DNA from: Schizochytrium sp. TIO01 | Taxonomy: Eukaryota; Protista; Bigyra: Labyrinthulomycetes | DNA: 64,000 nucleotides | Reading direction: 5' to 3' | Assembly: GCA_004764695.1 (NCBI GenBank) | Contig: SMSO01000037.1 | Coordinates: 4,006,747-4,070,746, forward strand | The notes under the pieces: model-generated | Databases searched by the model: none | Seen by the model: only the letters and a program-made list of their open reading frames with translations | Told to the model about the DNA's origin: nothing | Part shown: piece after piece, positions 26,353 to 38,123 of the stretch | How positions within the stretch are numbered: position 1 is the first letter of the stretch | Layout of the letters: each line of letters starts with the position of its first letter | Program-made: the position numbers and the translations under genes

Positions 26353-27387
26353 TTTCTTTCATTCTTTATTTATTTCTTGAGCCAATGCAACACTCTCTCT
26401 GTGTGAGTTTGAGTGCGTAATTTAGAGCCTACTGCAGCCTCGATTTCAAACCGGTCGAGGCTGGCGAAAGGACGGAGTAGCAAGGGCGAAATAGTTTCAA
26501 TCCGTAGGTGATGAGTTGCTCTTTTACGCTCTTTTACAGGGAAAGAACTGACGCTTTCGCAAAGGCTAATTATATATGATTGATCTTATTCTATAGCTTG
26601 AAGAGCAGAGGTGGTTTGAAAAAGAAATAAAGAGGTTCTTCTTAAGGGAGGGAGAGAAAGCTTCGCAGATTAACCGAGAGAATGAGGATGTTCACAGCTC
26701 ATACAGAGGAGCACCTACCGCAGCGATTACTGCCGAGGAAACTTTGCATGGACAGATTTGGGCAGAGAAAGCACGTGTGGTTCATGAATGCAGGAATGAT
26801 TTTGTTCTTTTGTAGTATGTAGGTAGGTCTGCGTATGTCTAGTATGTATGTATGAGTGGTGCAAAGGAACTGAAGAAAAAGCAAATTGAAAGCGACAAAA
26901 AAAAAGGGAAAAAAAAAAAGACAAAAGACAAAAAACGTGCGTGCGTGCGTGCTTTCTTGCTTGCCTGTATGTCTGCCTGCCTGCCTGCTTGCTTGCTTGC
27001 TTGCTCTCTCGCTCTCTCGCTCTCTCGCAGAGGATTTAAGTCGTTACAAGAAGCCAACTTCTAACTAGCTGGGGCTGAAGAAAACCTGAACGAGGTCATC
27101 AACCTCGTCACCTTTACTTTTTGTACGTGCGATGAGATAGTTTCCAGCTTTCTGTGCTCTTCATAGAATAAATACGCAACAACGTCATTGAAACTCTCAT
27201 AGTACATAACAGGCACCTACTTTCTACTTTTAGGTAGAAAAAGATGGTTTCTTGAGATGTAAAGAAAGAACCCAAAAATGTTAATTTAAAAAAAGAGAGC
27301 ATCGAAGTTTAAAACTTGCCTATCACCACTGCTAGGTGGCGTTAGTACTAGACACCGACTGTTTTGGTGGAATAGCTAGAGAAGCAT

Positions 27388-27443
27388 GAAAAAGATTGAA
27401 AAGATTGAAAAGAGCGAAAAGAGCGAAAAGAGCGAAAAGAGCA
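27388..27443. repeat. 9-bp minisatellite GAAAAGA(TT/GC)
   Basis: gaaaagatt-type units followed by gaaaagagc x4. Confidence 0.85.
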
Positions 27444-29449
27444 AGCGCACGAGGAGAAAGTAAGTCGAAGAATAGCGGGAGTTACCCATTGAAGAAGTCG
27501 GATCGGCTAATCGTTGTAGAATTGTGGACTCCGTTCTCTCTCTCTTTCTCTCTCCCTCTCCCTCTCTCCGAGGAGGAGGAGGGGGAAGATAAAAGGCTCT
27601 GTAGGTAGAGAAAAGCGGGAACGAGACAGAGAGAGAAACTGGAATTATTGAAGAGTCAAACTCGAAGAGAGAAAGACAGACGGGTCCATCAACGGCCCCG
27701 CCGTGAAGCTGAACCATGCGCGTCGAAACGCAAAAGGGAGAACATGGAACCCTTTTCATTTAAATCAATCATCATCTCGTAAAAGTAAGCAAAAGCTAGT
27801 TGTTATTATAATGACTCATTGCCTTTAAATAAATGAAAATGCTTTCTCAATTCTAAGAAGAGGAGAGGAGTGAGATACTAGCTGACTCCCTGAGAACTAC
27901 CTTCCCTAAGAAACAAACACAGGGAGATCGCCTTAACAGATAGCACGCAGTAGCGCCAACTAACCGCCGCTAGCGCCGCCTCGCCACTTTGGGAAGGAAC
28001 AAATAAGGATTGTCTGTCTGCGACTACGATCTGTCGAGGGCTGGCTGTGGCTGCCTGCCATCGATCCCGCAACTCACGACTCATGAGCAGTTTGCAGTTG
28101 GAGGCCGCGTGGCTGCCATAGACTCGTACCGCAGACTCGGAGGTAGTGAGAGCGAGGGCGTGCGTCAGAGCCCTTCCCATATGAAGTCTGCCAGGAATGA
28201 AGAGCTAGCTAGCGAAGCAGCGAGTGCTGTCGGGAAGCTAGCTAGCTACTAGCTATGTATTCTGCCTTACTGGTATTAGTTTAGATGGTACACGTAGATG
28301 AAACTAACTCATGACTTATGGATTTAAAAGATGGCGAAAAACAACGAGCCAGGGTTCCAAAACTAGGACGGAGGCAGTGAGATGATCGATCACTCATTTG
28401 ATTTGGGGTAGAGAAAGGAAGAGTATGGTTGTGTCTCTTATGGTTCAGGGTAATGACTGCTAGATAGCCAAATTGAAAATGCTACTTTTTCTTCTTTCAC
28501 ACCTTTGCACGGTTCTCGTATTCGAGGACCACCCCAGCCATATGTTAATTTTTTTTTTTATTCTTAATTTCACTTTTAAAGACAGAATGACAATTTTTAC
28601 TATTTCGCTTGGACTCTTTTTATTATTTATTTGTTAAATCAAAAATCAAAACCTTTAAAACAATTTTTAAAATTTATAATTAAAAATAACAAATAATAAA
28701 AATAATAAAACTTTCATCTATTTCGTCCTTACTCTTATCTCTTTTTCAGTTTATTTTAAATTTTTACTTTAATTGACATGGAGCTGAGCATTCCTCCCTC
28801 GTATTTTTGCAGATGATTGCTGTTCTAAAAAAAAATCTCTTTTTTTTTCTTTTTTCTTTTTTTTTTGTAAACCTCACCATCGAGAAAGCTTCTTCTCCTG
28901 CTTTTCAGGTCAAGAACCGCCAGAATCTGGAGCGATGCAGAAGAAGAAGATATGTTCCGTGGCTATCAAGTGTGCTTTGGTTCCATTGTCGCCGAAAGGC
29001 ATCTTGAGCAGGCGTACCACAACAGCTGAAGACCGCCTCTCAGAGCGTAACTCCCTTCGCAGAAAACCAGACCCACTCGATCTCGCGCTCGCAAAGGATC
29101 GTGTTTCGCATGGTTTCTCCGCGTGAAGCCCCCCTACGTGACACCCCCCTACAGAAAGGAAAGGAAAGAAAGGAAAGGAAGAAAGAAAAAAAGAAAAAAA
29201 GAAAGAAAGAAAGAGAAAGGGAAAGCGCGAAATAGACGTGCACGAAGCAGCCCTCCTTACTGCTGTCAGTAATGGCCCCTCCAAGCTAGATGAGCGCTTA
29301 GCCCATTTCTGCTCTGTTCACCTCTTTCCAAATCCTTCATTTTCTTCATTCTGGGAAAAGCGCAGGAGGGAGAAGGACAAGAACAAGAACGAGAACATGT
29401 GGCCGCCAGAGTGAATGAATGGGAACAGAGACGCACTCAAACCCCACTC

Positions 29450-29590
29450 GAAGAAGAAGAAGAAGAAGAAGAAGAAGAAGAAGAAGAAGAAGATCTCAGG
29501 CAGGAGCCCGTTCGACCTTCCTTCGTATTTGAAGCCTTGGAATGACTGACTGACTGACTGACTGACTGACTGACTGACTGACAGACAGAC
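29450..29590. repeat. (GAA)n at 29450-29493 and (GACT)n/(GACA)n at 29543-29590
   Basis: Direct reading. Confidence 0.95.
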
Positions 29591-31155
29591 TGCGTCGCAC
29601 GTGGGGAAAGAGAGGCTCCGCGCGTGCGGCGCGGCGTGACGGCGCTCCGGCACGCGTATCGTCAGGGTTTGGTTTGCCCGAGAGACCCTCGCAAGCGGGC
29701 GGGCGCTTGAGCAGGATCGCGAGCGATGATTCCCAGCAGGCGGCGCAGACCGCTGTAAGCCCGGCTGAGGCTGCTTGCTTCCCTGTAGTCCCGAGAGCAG
29801 CGGGACCCGTGCAGCGGCGAGTCTGCATCTCCAGCTCTACCGACCTCCCGCCCGCCCTGGGAGCAGAGGCGCGACCCGGGCGAAGAGACAGATGCAGAGG
29901 CCGAGAGGAGAGGCCTGCGCAACGGCCACGCCGCGGCCAGAGCGGCGGCAACTGAGCTGATGGGCCTTGAGCTGATGAAGAAGAGCGGCTGGTACACACC
30001 CTGCCTGGCTGCCTGCCTGCCTGGGACCATTGATGATGCAAGAATGAGGGGCTCGGCGGACGGAGAAGAAGAACGTGGAGAAGCAAGCTGGGACGGATTG
30101 GAGAAGAAGGCCTCGCGTGCGTCGGCGCAGACGCTGGAGCCCGTGGGGAAACCGAGCGCGATTCGCCCAAACGTGATGGAAACCTCTCCTCCCACCGCGA
30201 AGGAAACTCACCTATCTTTCTTTCTTTTTGAAGAAGCCAAAGGTAAGACAAAGAACGTGTTGGGAACCGGAAAGGAACCGGCGACGGTGACGATGTGACC
30301 CGGCATAGGGTTTCCGCTAGCCCGCCCAGTAGACGGCGAGCTGATTGATTGATCGACTGATTGATCGATCTATTGAATGATTAATTAATTGATTGATTGA
30401 TTGATTGATTGATTACATCATCCATCAGGATACCCATGCGCAGCAAGAAAAGCAGTTCAAGCTCGACGCCGAGAGAGATCGAAGGAAGCACTGCGGAGGG
30501 CCGGGAATAGGCGTCCGCAGGCCCCTCGCAATGGTAGCGCGGACGTCCTCGCGAGCTTTGGGTGCCCACACGGACACCAAGAGACCATGGTAGACAGGAT
30601 CTATCTGTCTACCTAATTTTTTTTTTGTCTATGAATGTCTGTAAGTATTGTTGGCTGTTGTAGTGAAATGGGCGAATTCTAAGCATAAACAGTAGAAAGA
30701 TGGACAATAAATAGTGGAAGTCAGCGAGTGAGTTCTGAGGGAGCGAGTTGGCGAGTCGGGAATCCTAAGGACGGTGCCCCACAAAACGGGATGCATTCAT
30801 TCATGCATGCATGGATACATTCATTTACGCACCCACTCACGATCGCGATCAATGCAAACTAACAACGAAAGGAATACTTGGACGAGGTGTTATTTTACAT
30901 CGCTCTCTTTCCTTCGTCCTGGACGCTCACTTTTTTTCTTTCTTTCTTTTGTGGGGTTTGAAAAGCGGGCTCTTCTCCTCTCGACAGCCCTGGAAAAGAC
31001 TTCTTTAAAGGCGGCGTCGAGCTAAGAACTGACTTCCCTGCCTAGTGCCTGCTAGATGCAGCGCAAAGACAAGCTTGCTATGCCTGGAGTGGCTCTGGTT
31101 CTTGCGCTGAGGATCTCTGTTATATACCGACAGTGTTCAGTTTCTCACTTGCTCA

Positions 31156-31167
31156 CTTACTTACTAT

Positions 31168-31249
<82 letters not shown>

Positions 31250-31280
31250 TACATACATACTTCCTTGCCTGCCTGCTGCC
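31156..31280. repeat. (TTAC)n array grading into (ATAC)n and (CTGC)n
   Basis: Direct reading. Confidence 0.95.
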
Positions 31281-32572
31281 TGATGTCAGCACTTGTCCTT
31301 GCGGGGCGGTATCCAGGGAATCCTCGACTCCATCAGCTCCGCCGCTTCGACGATGCCTTTGGGATTCCTTCTCTGCATCTCTCTTTGTACACGTACGTGC
31401 ACAGTATGTACAATGCAATGCCGCTCTTTCTTCTGTAGGTAAGCAGGCAGACAGGTTCCCAGGCAGGTTCCCAGGCATCGTGCCTGAAAGAAAGAGATTC
31501 CTCCTCTCTCCGGGTCGCTTTCCTGTCCTTCCTTCTTCCTTCCCTTCAGATCGCATCAGTCAGCGCCTCCTCCTTCGTTGTTCTTGTCGCTGTTCTGATG
31601 CGGCCGGGCCTTGCTTGAGCGACAGCTTGCAGAAAAGGTCGTCAAGAAGAACAACAAGAACAACAAGAACAACAAGAACAACAAGAAGAAGAAGAAGAGA
31701 GGAGAGATGGAGTCAGATGGCCATTCGCCACAAGGAGAAGAGAGGAATGCCTTAGGAGCTGATGGCGTGGAGCGAACAGGGAGGCTTCTGCAAAAGAAAG
31801 AAATGCGAGGCGTAGAGGGGCACGCACACTTTGGGCGGCGGCGGCGTCGCTGTTTTTCGCGATTTTCTGAGCCCTCTGAGATCTTGCGTATGTATGCATA
31901 TGGGCACCCGTAGGAGGCTTAGGGATCGTCTTCACTGAGCGCTGTCTCTAATTATTATTCAGCGTTCGAGCTAGCTAGCTAGCTAGCTAGCGTGGCCCGC
32001 CCTATTCGTTCCAGAGGTACGTACCCTTTTCACTTTCTCTTTTCTTTTCTTTTCTTTTCTCTTTTTTAAAAATTTGATTTTAATGTAAAGCAAAGGGATG
32101 TGCTTTCTTCTTTCTTTGTTTTGAGTTAGCTTTTTTTTTTCTTTTTTTTTCTCTTTCTTTAACTGTTTATTTATTGCTATTATTGATTATTACAATTTTA
32201 TATATATATTTTTTTATATATATTTTTTTTTATTCATATGCTACAGGATAGATCATGATTGATAGCAATAGTCAGGAAAAGAAGGAGAAAACTTGCATCA
32301 GCCAGAGTTCTCTCGCCATGTCATAAGGATACTTAGTAACATACACTCTGTGTAGAAAGAAGCCAATACGAAACCCTCAGAAGCAGCGCACGCCAGTTTG
32401 ACGAGAGACCCTGCAGGCGAGGACGCGGACGCACGGGAGCGGACGCGGCTTTTCCCCGCGAGCAAATGAGAGAAGCGGAGGATGGCTGCGCTTTTGTTTG
32501 TCAGTCAGTCAGTCAGTCAGTCTGTCTGTCTGTCTTTCTATTTATTTCTCTCTCTGTCTCTCTGTCTGTCTG

Positions 32573-32608
<36 letters not shown>

Positions 32609-34838
32609 TGGAAAAGCTGCGAAGACGAATGATCCGGACGCAGTGCACACCCTTAGGATATTTAGGAGCGCGCAGGCGGCCGCAGAAGCGAAGCAAAATG
32701 ACAGTCGTCGAAAGGGAGGGAGCAAAGAGCAGCTCAAGAGCCGCAGCAAAGGGAGCGAAGTGGCCTCGAGCGCACACACCATCGCGGTCTAAACAATAAA
32801 GTGTGCGGTGCTGCGTTACAATTTGACAGAATTTCTGTAATTTTGCGAAGAAGCAGGAACCACTTCAATTTTTAGGTAATTTTTGAATGTTGGCGTTGCT
32901 TGCTTGCTCATAGAGACTCACTCACTCACTCACTCACTCACTCACTCAAGAATGGCAGGAGTCCTAAAATCCGCCTGCAGTCTGGAACAAAAGCGCCAGC
33001 CGCTTTGACCTTGGAACAGCGCGGATTGATTGAATAAATCAAAACGAGCCCAGGGCGACGTGAATGCATAAATAAATAAAGCCCACCCTTGCTGGCTGGG
33101 CCTAGTTTCAAAGTCTGTAGGTTCTGCCCACTTTGTCTGTAACTTTGAAGCCTGTTTTCTTCTAAATTGTCCTTCTCTTTTCGTTTCTTTTTTAACTTAC
33201 GTCGAAAAATCTAAAAGAGGCTTTTCATGTCAATGCTTTGGCATTGGATTGATTTCATAGACCGCAGAAGAACTCGGAGCAGAAGGTAGCAATCGCTCAC
33301 GCACCTCACTTACTCGACAGCGCCGCCGCCTGCCACGCGCCAAAGCCCACGCTCCTGAAGACGCCCTTTCGCGTCAGCCGCTGCAGCAGCAGCAGAGGCG
33401 CTCTCGCACTCTTCTAGTTCTTCTGTTGGCTGCTTTTGAGGGGGCCCGCCTCAATGAGGGGGCTCCGCTTGGTCACTAATTTCTGTCCTTGAGTTATGTA
33501 TTTTGATTGATTGCAGTGGTCCTTTCATTCATTCATTCATTCGCTCATTCATTTATTCGCTCGAGAGCGGCTGAAGCGATACAGAGTCCCGAGAACAGGC
33601 CGGAAAATGATTGTCTCTGGGGCGAAAGGTTGCAGGGCAAAGAGAAAAGAACTTGCTTTGGAGTTTGTGTTTGTGCAACTGCGCTGACAAAGTTCGAATT
33701 GAAAGGGAAATGCAAAATGTGAAACCCTGCGAATTGGATTAAAAGGAAAGTGCCTATCGTAAAAATAACTCGGGCCTCCACCACCCTAAAAATGTGGCAT
33801 CCATGAAGTCTTTTGAGATCAACATAAACGCTTGTTTGCCCATGCCTGTAGCATGGAGACTTTGAGATCCCAGCAAATAGTAGTCACAGTATACAGCGCA
33901 GGTTCACCTGTTTGACACCATCTACGCAATGTACCTGTAATGATGTGTACTTCGAAGCTCTCAGTAATGTACCTAGTAGGCATTCTGTAGGTCTGCATCT
34001 GGACTATTGGAGCTACGAGCAGGGCCACTGCTGAGTTTTGGACTTGATTTTATTGGGTAGCCAAAAAAAAGCAATGCCATTCTTTGCCAACTCTGAGTAG
34101 TTGACCCAACCATGTCGTAGAAAGGACCACATTCTAAAGCTTGTGCAGGATAATTAAATAATCAATTCCAACGCAGATCATATAAATTTATTCAAGTAAA
34201 CAATACACATGTGACCCACAGAGCTAAAACATGGAGAGACTGAAAAGCGCAACATTAGAAGCCTTAGTAATACAATATTTTACCACAGAAATATCAAAAC
34301 CTCTATTCCCATTATGTGCTCCGGTAGGATTTTATGCGGGTAGATTGAAATTCCCGGCACTATCTGGTTTGTCACCGGAAATATAAGCATCAATATAGTC
34401 GCTATACGTTGCAGTTAAAGAAAGTTTAGATGGATTATGAGTGTACATATGACTTAAGGTGCACCCGACTACTTCACGGTAAGTTATATTGTTCCCAAAA
34501 CAAAATGATGGCGATTTTCGCACCTCAGACTCAAACTAATGAACACCACTATATGTATAAATATTCATATGCCTTACTCTAGCCTTCATGTGCTGATTCT
34601 CTTCATCAAGTTCTAAGACAGTCACCTCCAACTCCATAACCATCCTCGCGGCAGTCATAGAGATCGGTTTACCCGGCGAGCAGAAGTCTTGTTCCAGTTG
34701 TATCACTCGCCAATCGAGGCACCCTTATTGAGTCAATTAAATAACGTTATTCTGCAACATCTTCGTTGCGCGTAGTAAGTCACTCCATCGTCACACCAGA
34801 AGATCGTTTGCATAAAGAAAACGAACCTCTAAGCCTTT

Positions 34839-35250
34839 GATGAAAGATGTTTCTGGTCAGCTTGAGGTTGACTCTAAAGATGAAGGCAAGGGTATTGATG
34901 AAGGATTTTGAGAAGGTTGATTCAAGTGCTAGCAAACTGCTGTCCTGAAGAATAAATCCCAGGACCGATAGATTCATGTAGTAATTAAGGAGGTTAAGAC
35001 ATTCTTGGAAGTGGTTAGAGATAATCGATGGGGTTAGCTTAATTCAACCTCTTCAACCATTGATTCAAGTTACATCATACTTGGAATTTAGGTATTGTAT
35101 AGTCATACTTTTGATTCTTAGCTCTATCAGCAACATGAATCTGGCAGCCTAGCTCCATCGTAAGCCCCATGTCTGCGAGGGTTTCATAAAGAGATGCCAA
35201 GAACTCTAGCAATGCCTTGTACACTAATTCCTTCGATTGGAGATCTCAGC
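34839..35250. repeat. Dispersed degenerate repeat, copy A (~400 bp, pseudogene-like)
   Basis: Aligns by eye to 43618-44030. Shared blocks include aactgctgtcctg, gattcatgtagtaatta, gttagagataatcgatggggttag, ccaagaactctagcaatg and ttccttcgattggagatctcagca. The frames I translated are interrupted by stops. Confidence 0.85.
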
Positions 35251-37118
35251 AGTCATGCACGTGACAAGGCATTCCAGTCGGTAGAGAATAAAGTAGTACC
35301 TGGAAGACTTAAATCCTTCGCCTGTATCAGGATTATAAAACCAGCCAAGATTGTGATTAGTAGTTCATGACTCATCAACCTTGCAATCTTGACCATGAGA
35401 CATCTGCAAAACGCATTCTTGGCAATCTATATCCCAAGAAGTACTTTAAAAGGAATAAATGCGCTTTCAATAGGCTGGAGGCTGAATCCATGTCAGCATA
35501 CACATTGCCATACTCTTCATCAATAGCATGCGTGTGCAGTAAATCCAGTTTATGACCAACTCCTAGTGTCAAGACACCAATAACGTCACTGACCGAATCC
35601 ACAGCACTCGACACTATGTTCATGTTAATCCGAGTACCAACAACATAGGCAATATGTGAATATTCCAAGTCTCAGTGAGGAGTAGAAAGTGCAACAGAAT
35701 CGCGCTCAGACACATAGAAATTATATTTTGCCAGAGCAAATGCGCAAATGCCCCCTTATTGTATACGTGCATGGTTCTTGAAGTTACCATCGCTCTATTA
35801 ACACAAAATATATCAGTTTCTTAAAAAAGAAATGAGTCCAGATTGTTTGTAGTCTCATCAACAAGTAAACGGACATCAACACCTCCTTCGGAATCTGATT
35901 AACAGAATGTGCTTAAGTCACTCTCTATTTCTGCCTTGATATCATTACTTGGAACCAATGAAGTGTAGCTGCTTCTAGATATATTTATCATTGTTCTGAC
36001 AGTGCCCGATGTAAAACCATCATAAGTACTCGCTTTCATAAGCTCAAGGACAACCAACATGAGAACACCAATTGCACAATCATAACAAACTACGCATATG
36101 CTTACAGCTTTACTTTATTGCTATATATTATCATTATTTTAAGTCGGCAACAGCAGAGCAGTGTGTTGATTGTATTCTCTCTAGAAATTCGGAAACGATA
36201 TTTCGGGGGGGGGGGATCACCAGGCATTCAAAACGGGCTTTAATTGCTGGAAAGATGATTCTTACCCAAGTACAACTTCAATATGTACGAATTCCCTCGT
36301 TCTTCAAGAGCTCACTGCTGCACATTTGGGGTAGTTCATCAATATTGCGTTTTACACCATGTCAGATTTTCAACAAAACAGCAATGATGGTAGAATATCC
36401 ATCAAGATAAAACCAGCAAGCTATCACCAAGACTTACAATATATCGAAGCGATGGTTTAGTTATTGGGCAATCACTAAAGAACATTTCGCAGAAAAACTT
36501 GTTCTACCTTTATCCCAAAGAAAATTCACGTGTTCGAAAGTTGAATTGAGATTTCTCCCCATGATATTGCACTACACTTCACACAGACAATGACCGGATC
36601 TAGGACTAAATGTATACTTCCAACTCCCTAGTGTTTGCATTGCAACACAACATAATATTTTTCATGGGAAAAATTAACTTTTCTTGAAAACTTTCCTGCA
36701 GAAACTTCAATGCATCATATCTGACAACTCTACTTCGAAGTCAACTCAGTCGAGATGATGGACACCTCCAATGTTTCTTCACACCACGTCATAACTCACA
36801 TTTTCTTGAAATCACACTCACTCCAAAGTTAAAGATTTTCAGTAAATTCTTCAAGAGTGGCAGCTGGACGTGGGTCACAGGTTCTGGAGGAAAAAATAAA
36901 ATTAGGAGCATTTTTCTATTTTATTTTTATGAAAACAAATCTATTGAATAGCAATCATGCAGCAAACTGTGAGAACATAAAAAGTTTTTATATCATATAT
37001 GGCCGTAGATCCTATTATTCGGATTTGTAATGCTAAACGATACATGGATGCTCTTTTTAAAATGTACCCTGGTAGAATATTTTTATAAAAATAACTCAAA
37101 GAATCTCATTTAAAGTAC

Positions 37119-37261
37119 TTATTGAGCGATTGCATAGCGCTTGAAGCTATCATCACAGGACGTTAAGTCAACCAGTTCCTTCTCCTCAGGTATAGATCTA
37201 CGAAAGGCCAGTACAATCTTGTGCCAAGTTTGCACATTGTCGCCAAAATGCCTGAAACTAC

Positions 37262-37300
<39 letters not shown>

Positions 37301-37670
37301 CACAACTATTTTCACTTCTTGAGCTGGCATCACCACCAAGTTCCCCCTCCTCCCCGCCGCTTTCTGAAAGAGAGGCATGCTCAGCAACATCGCCCATGAC
37401 CAACACCAGTTTTGGGACTGCAAATGCCCAAACCAAGGAATCAAGCTTTTGGAACCTAACAATGAAAGACACATATTGTTCTATTAGACCGTTTACCCGA
37501 AAACGATAGAGGTTTATTGGTAGTGTTTGTTCACAATTCCCTAACTCCAAAGGTTCTACCAACCCAGAATACAGGGGTGTTAGTGGCTCTTGTTAGGGTA
37601 AACACTACGTTTGTTAAGGTTATATAGTCTTTCACTAGTAGTGGCAAAAGTTGCCCCCGGAGAGTGAGCT
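37119..37670 (-). pseudogene. Possible decayed gene fragment containing a (CTG)n tract
   Basis: 147-aa TTG-start ORF plus an upstream frameshifted segment (GQLLPLLVKDYITLTNVVFTLTRATNTPVFWVGRTFG). No family recognised. Confidence 0.25.
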
Positions 37671-37830
37671 AGGTTTTGAAATTGAGTTTTTTTGGAGTTA
37701 AGAACGAAAGAAACCTTATGCTCTATCAACCCAGAATACAGGGGTGTTAGTGGCTTCTGGCTACGGTAAACACTATGACCTTAAGGTTAGATATTCTTTC
37801 AATAGTAGTGGCAAAAGTTGCCCCCAGAGA
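37555..37830. repeat. Direct duplication of a ~108-bp unit, period 167 bp (37555-37663 and 37722-37830)
   Basis: Both copies read caacccagaatacaggggtgttagtggct...ggtaaacacta...ttaaggtta...ctttca-tagtagtggcaaaagttgccccc-gaga. Confidence 0.92.
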
Positions 37831-38123
37831 ATGTATATATTTTTTTCAAGGCAACATATAATTATTGTTATTTTTTTTTATTCTGTCTAGATAACTTGCA
37901 CGGCCTCTATCATAGTGTTTATTCTAATCTGGACTTATCAGAAGAAAAAAATGGAAAAGACAGAGAAAGTTTTAAAAAGTTAAATAAATAAATGAAAAGG
38001 AATGTACATCTTGTAGTATGATGAGCCTTCACAAGCTCATATGTTAATTTTATTAAAATGTTTTTTTTTAAATTAACCTTAGCAAGCACATCTTAAAAAA
38101 TACCTTTGAAACCCAAAAAACAA

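Larger units (their letters stand above)
1491..33700. other. Gene desert with dense short tandem repeats and alternating AT-rich and GC-rich islands
   Basis: No ORF with a recognisable domain; the longer ORF calls are microsatellite translations or overlapping GC-rich shadow ORFs. Confidence 0.7.

Noticed and set aside
2294-33722. Numerous 60-250 aa ORFs in the desert (e.g. 3713-4285, 21907-22590, 29496-30251)
   Set aside because: They are microsatellite translations (FIHS, LLAC, LLTY, SVSQ) or stop-poor GC-rich sequence open in several frames at once; many start at non-ATG codons and none shows a domain motif.
35367-35668. Small-GTPase-like words VGHKLDL (minus strand) and ETSAK (plus strand)
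   Set aside because: They lie on opposite strands with no P-loop or DxxG nearby; most likely coincidence in decayed sequence.
37555-37830. TPP riboswitch or CRISPR interpretation of the duplicated unit (CAGGGGTG start)
   Set aside because: No CUGAGA or CUGAU core; only two long copies, no repeat-spacer pattern and no cas genes.
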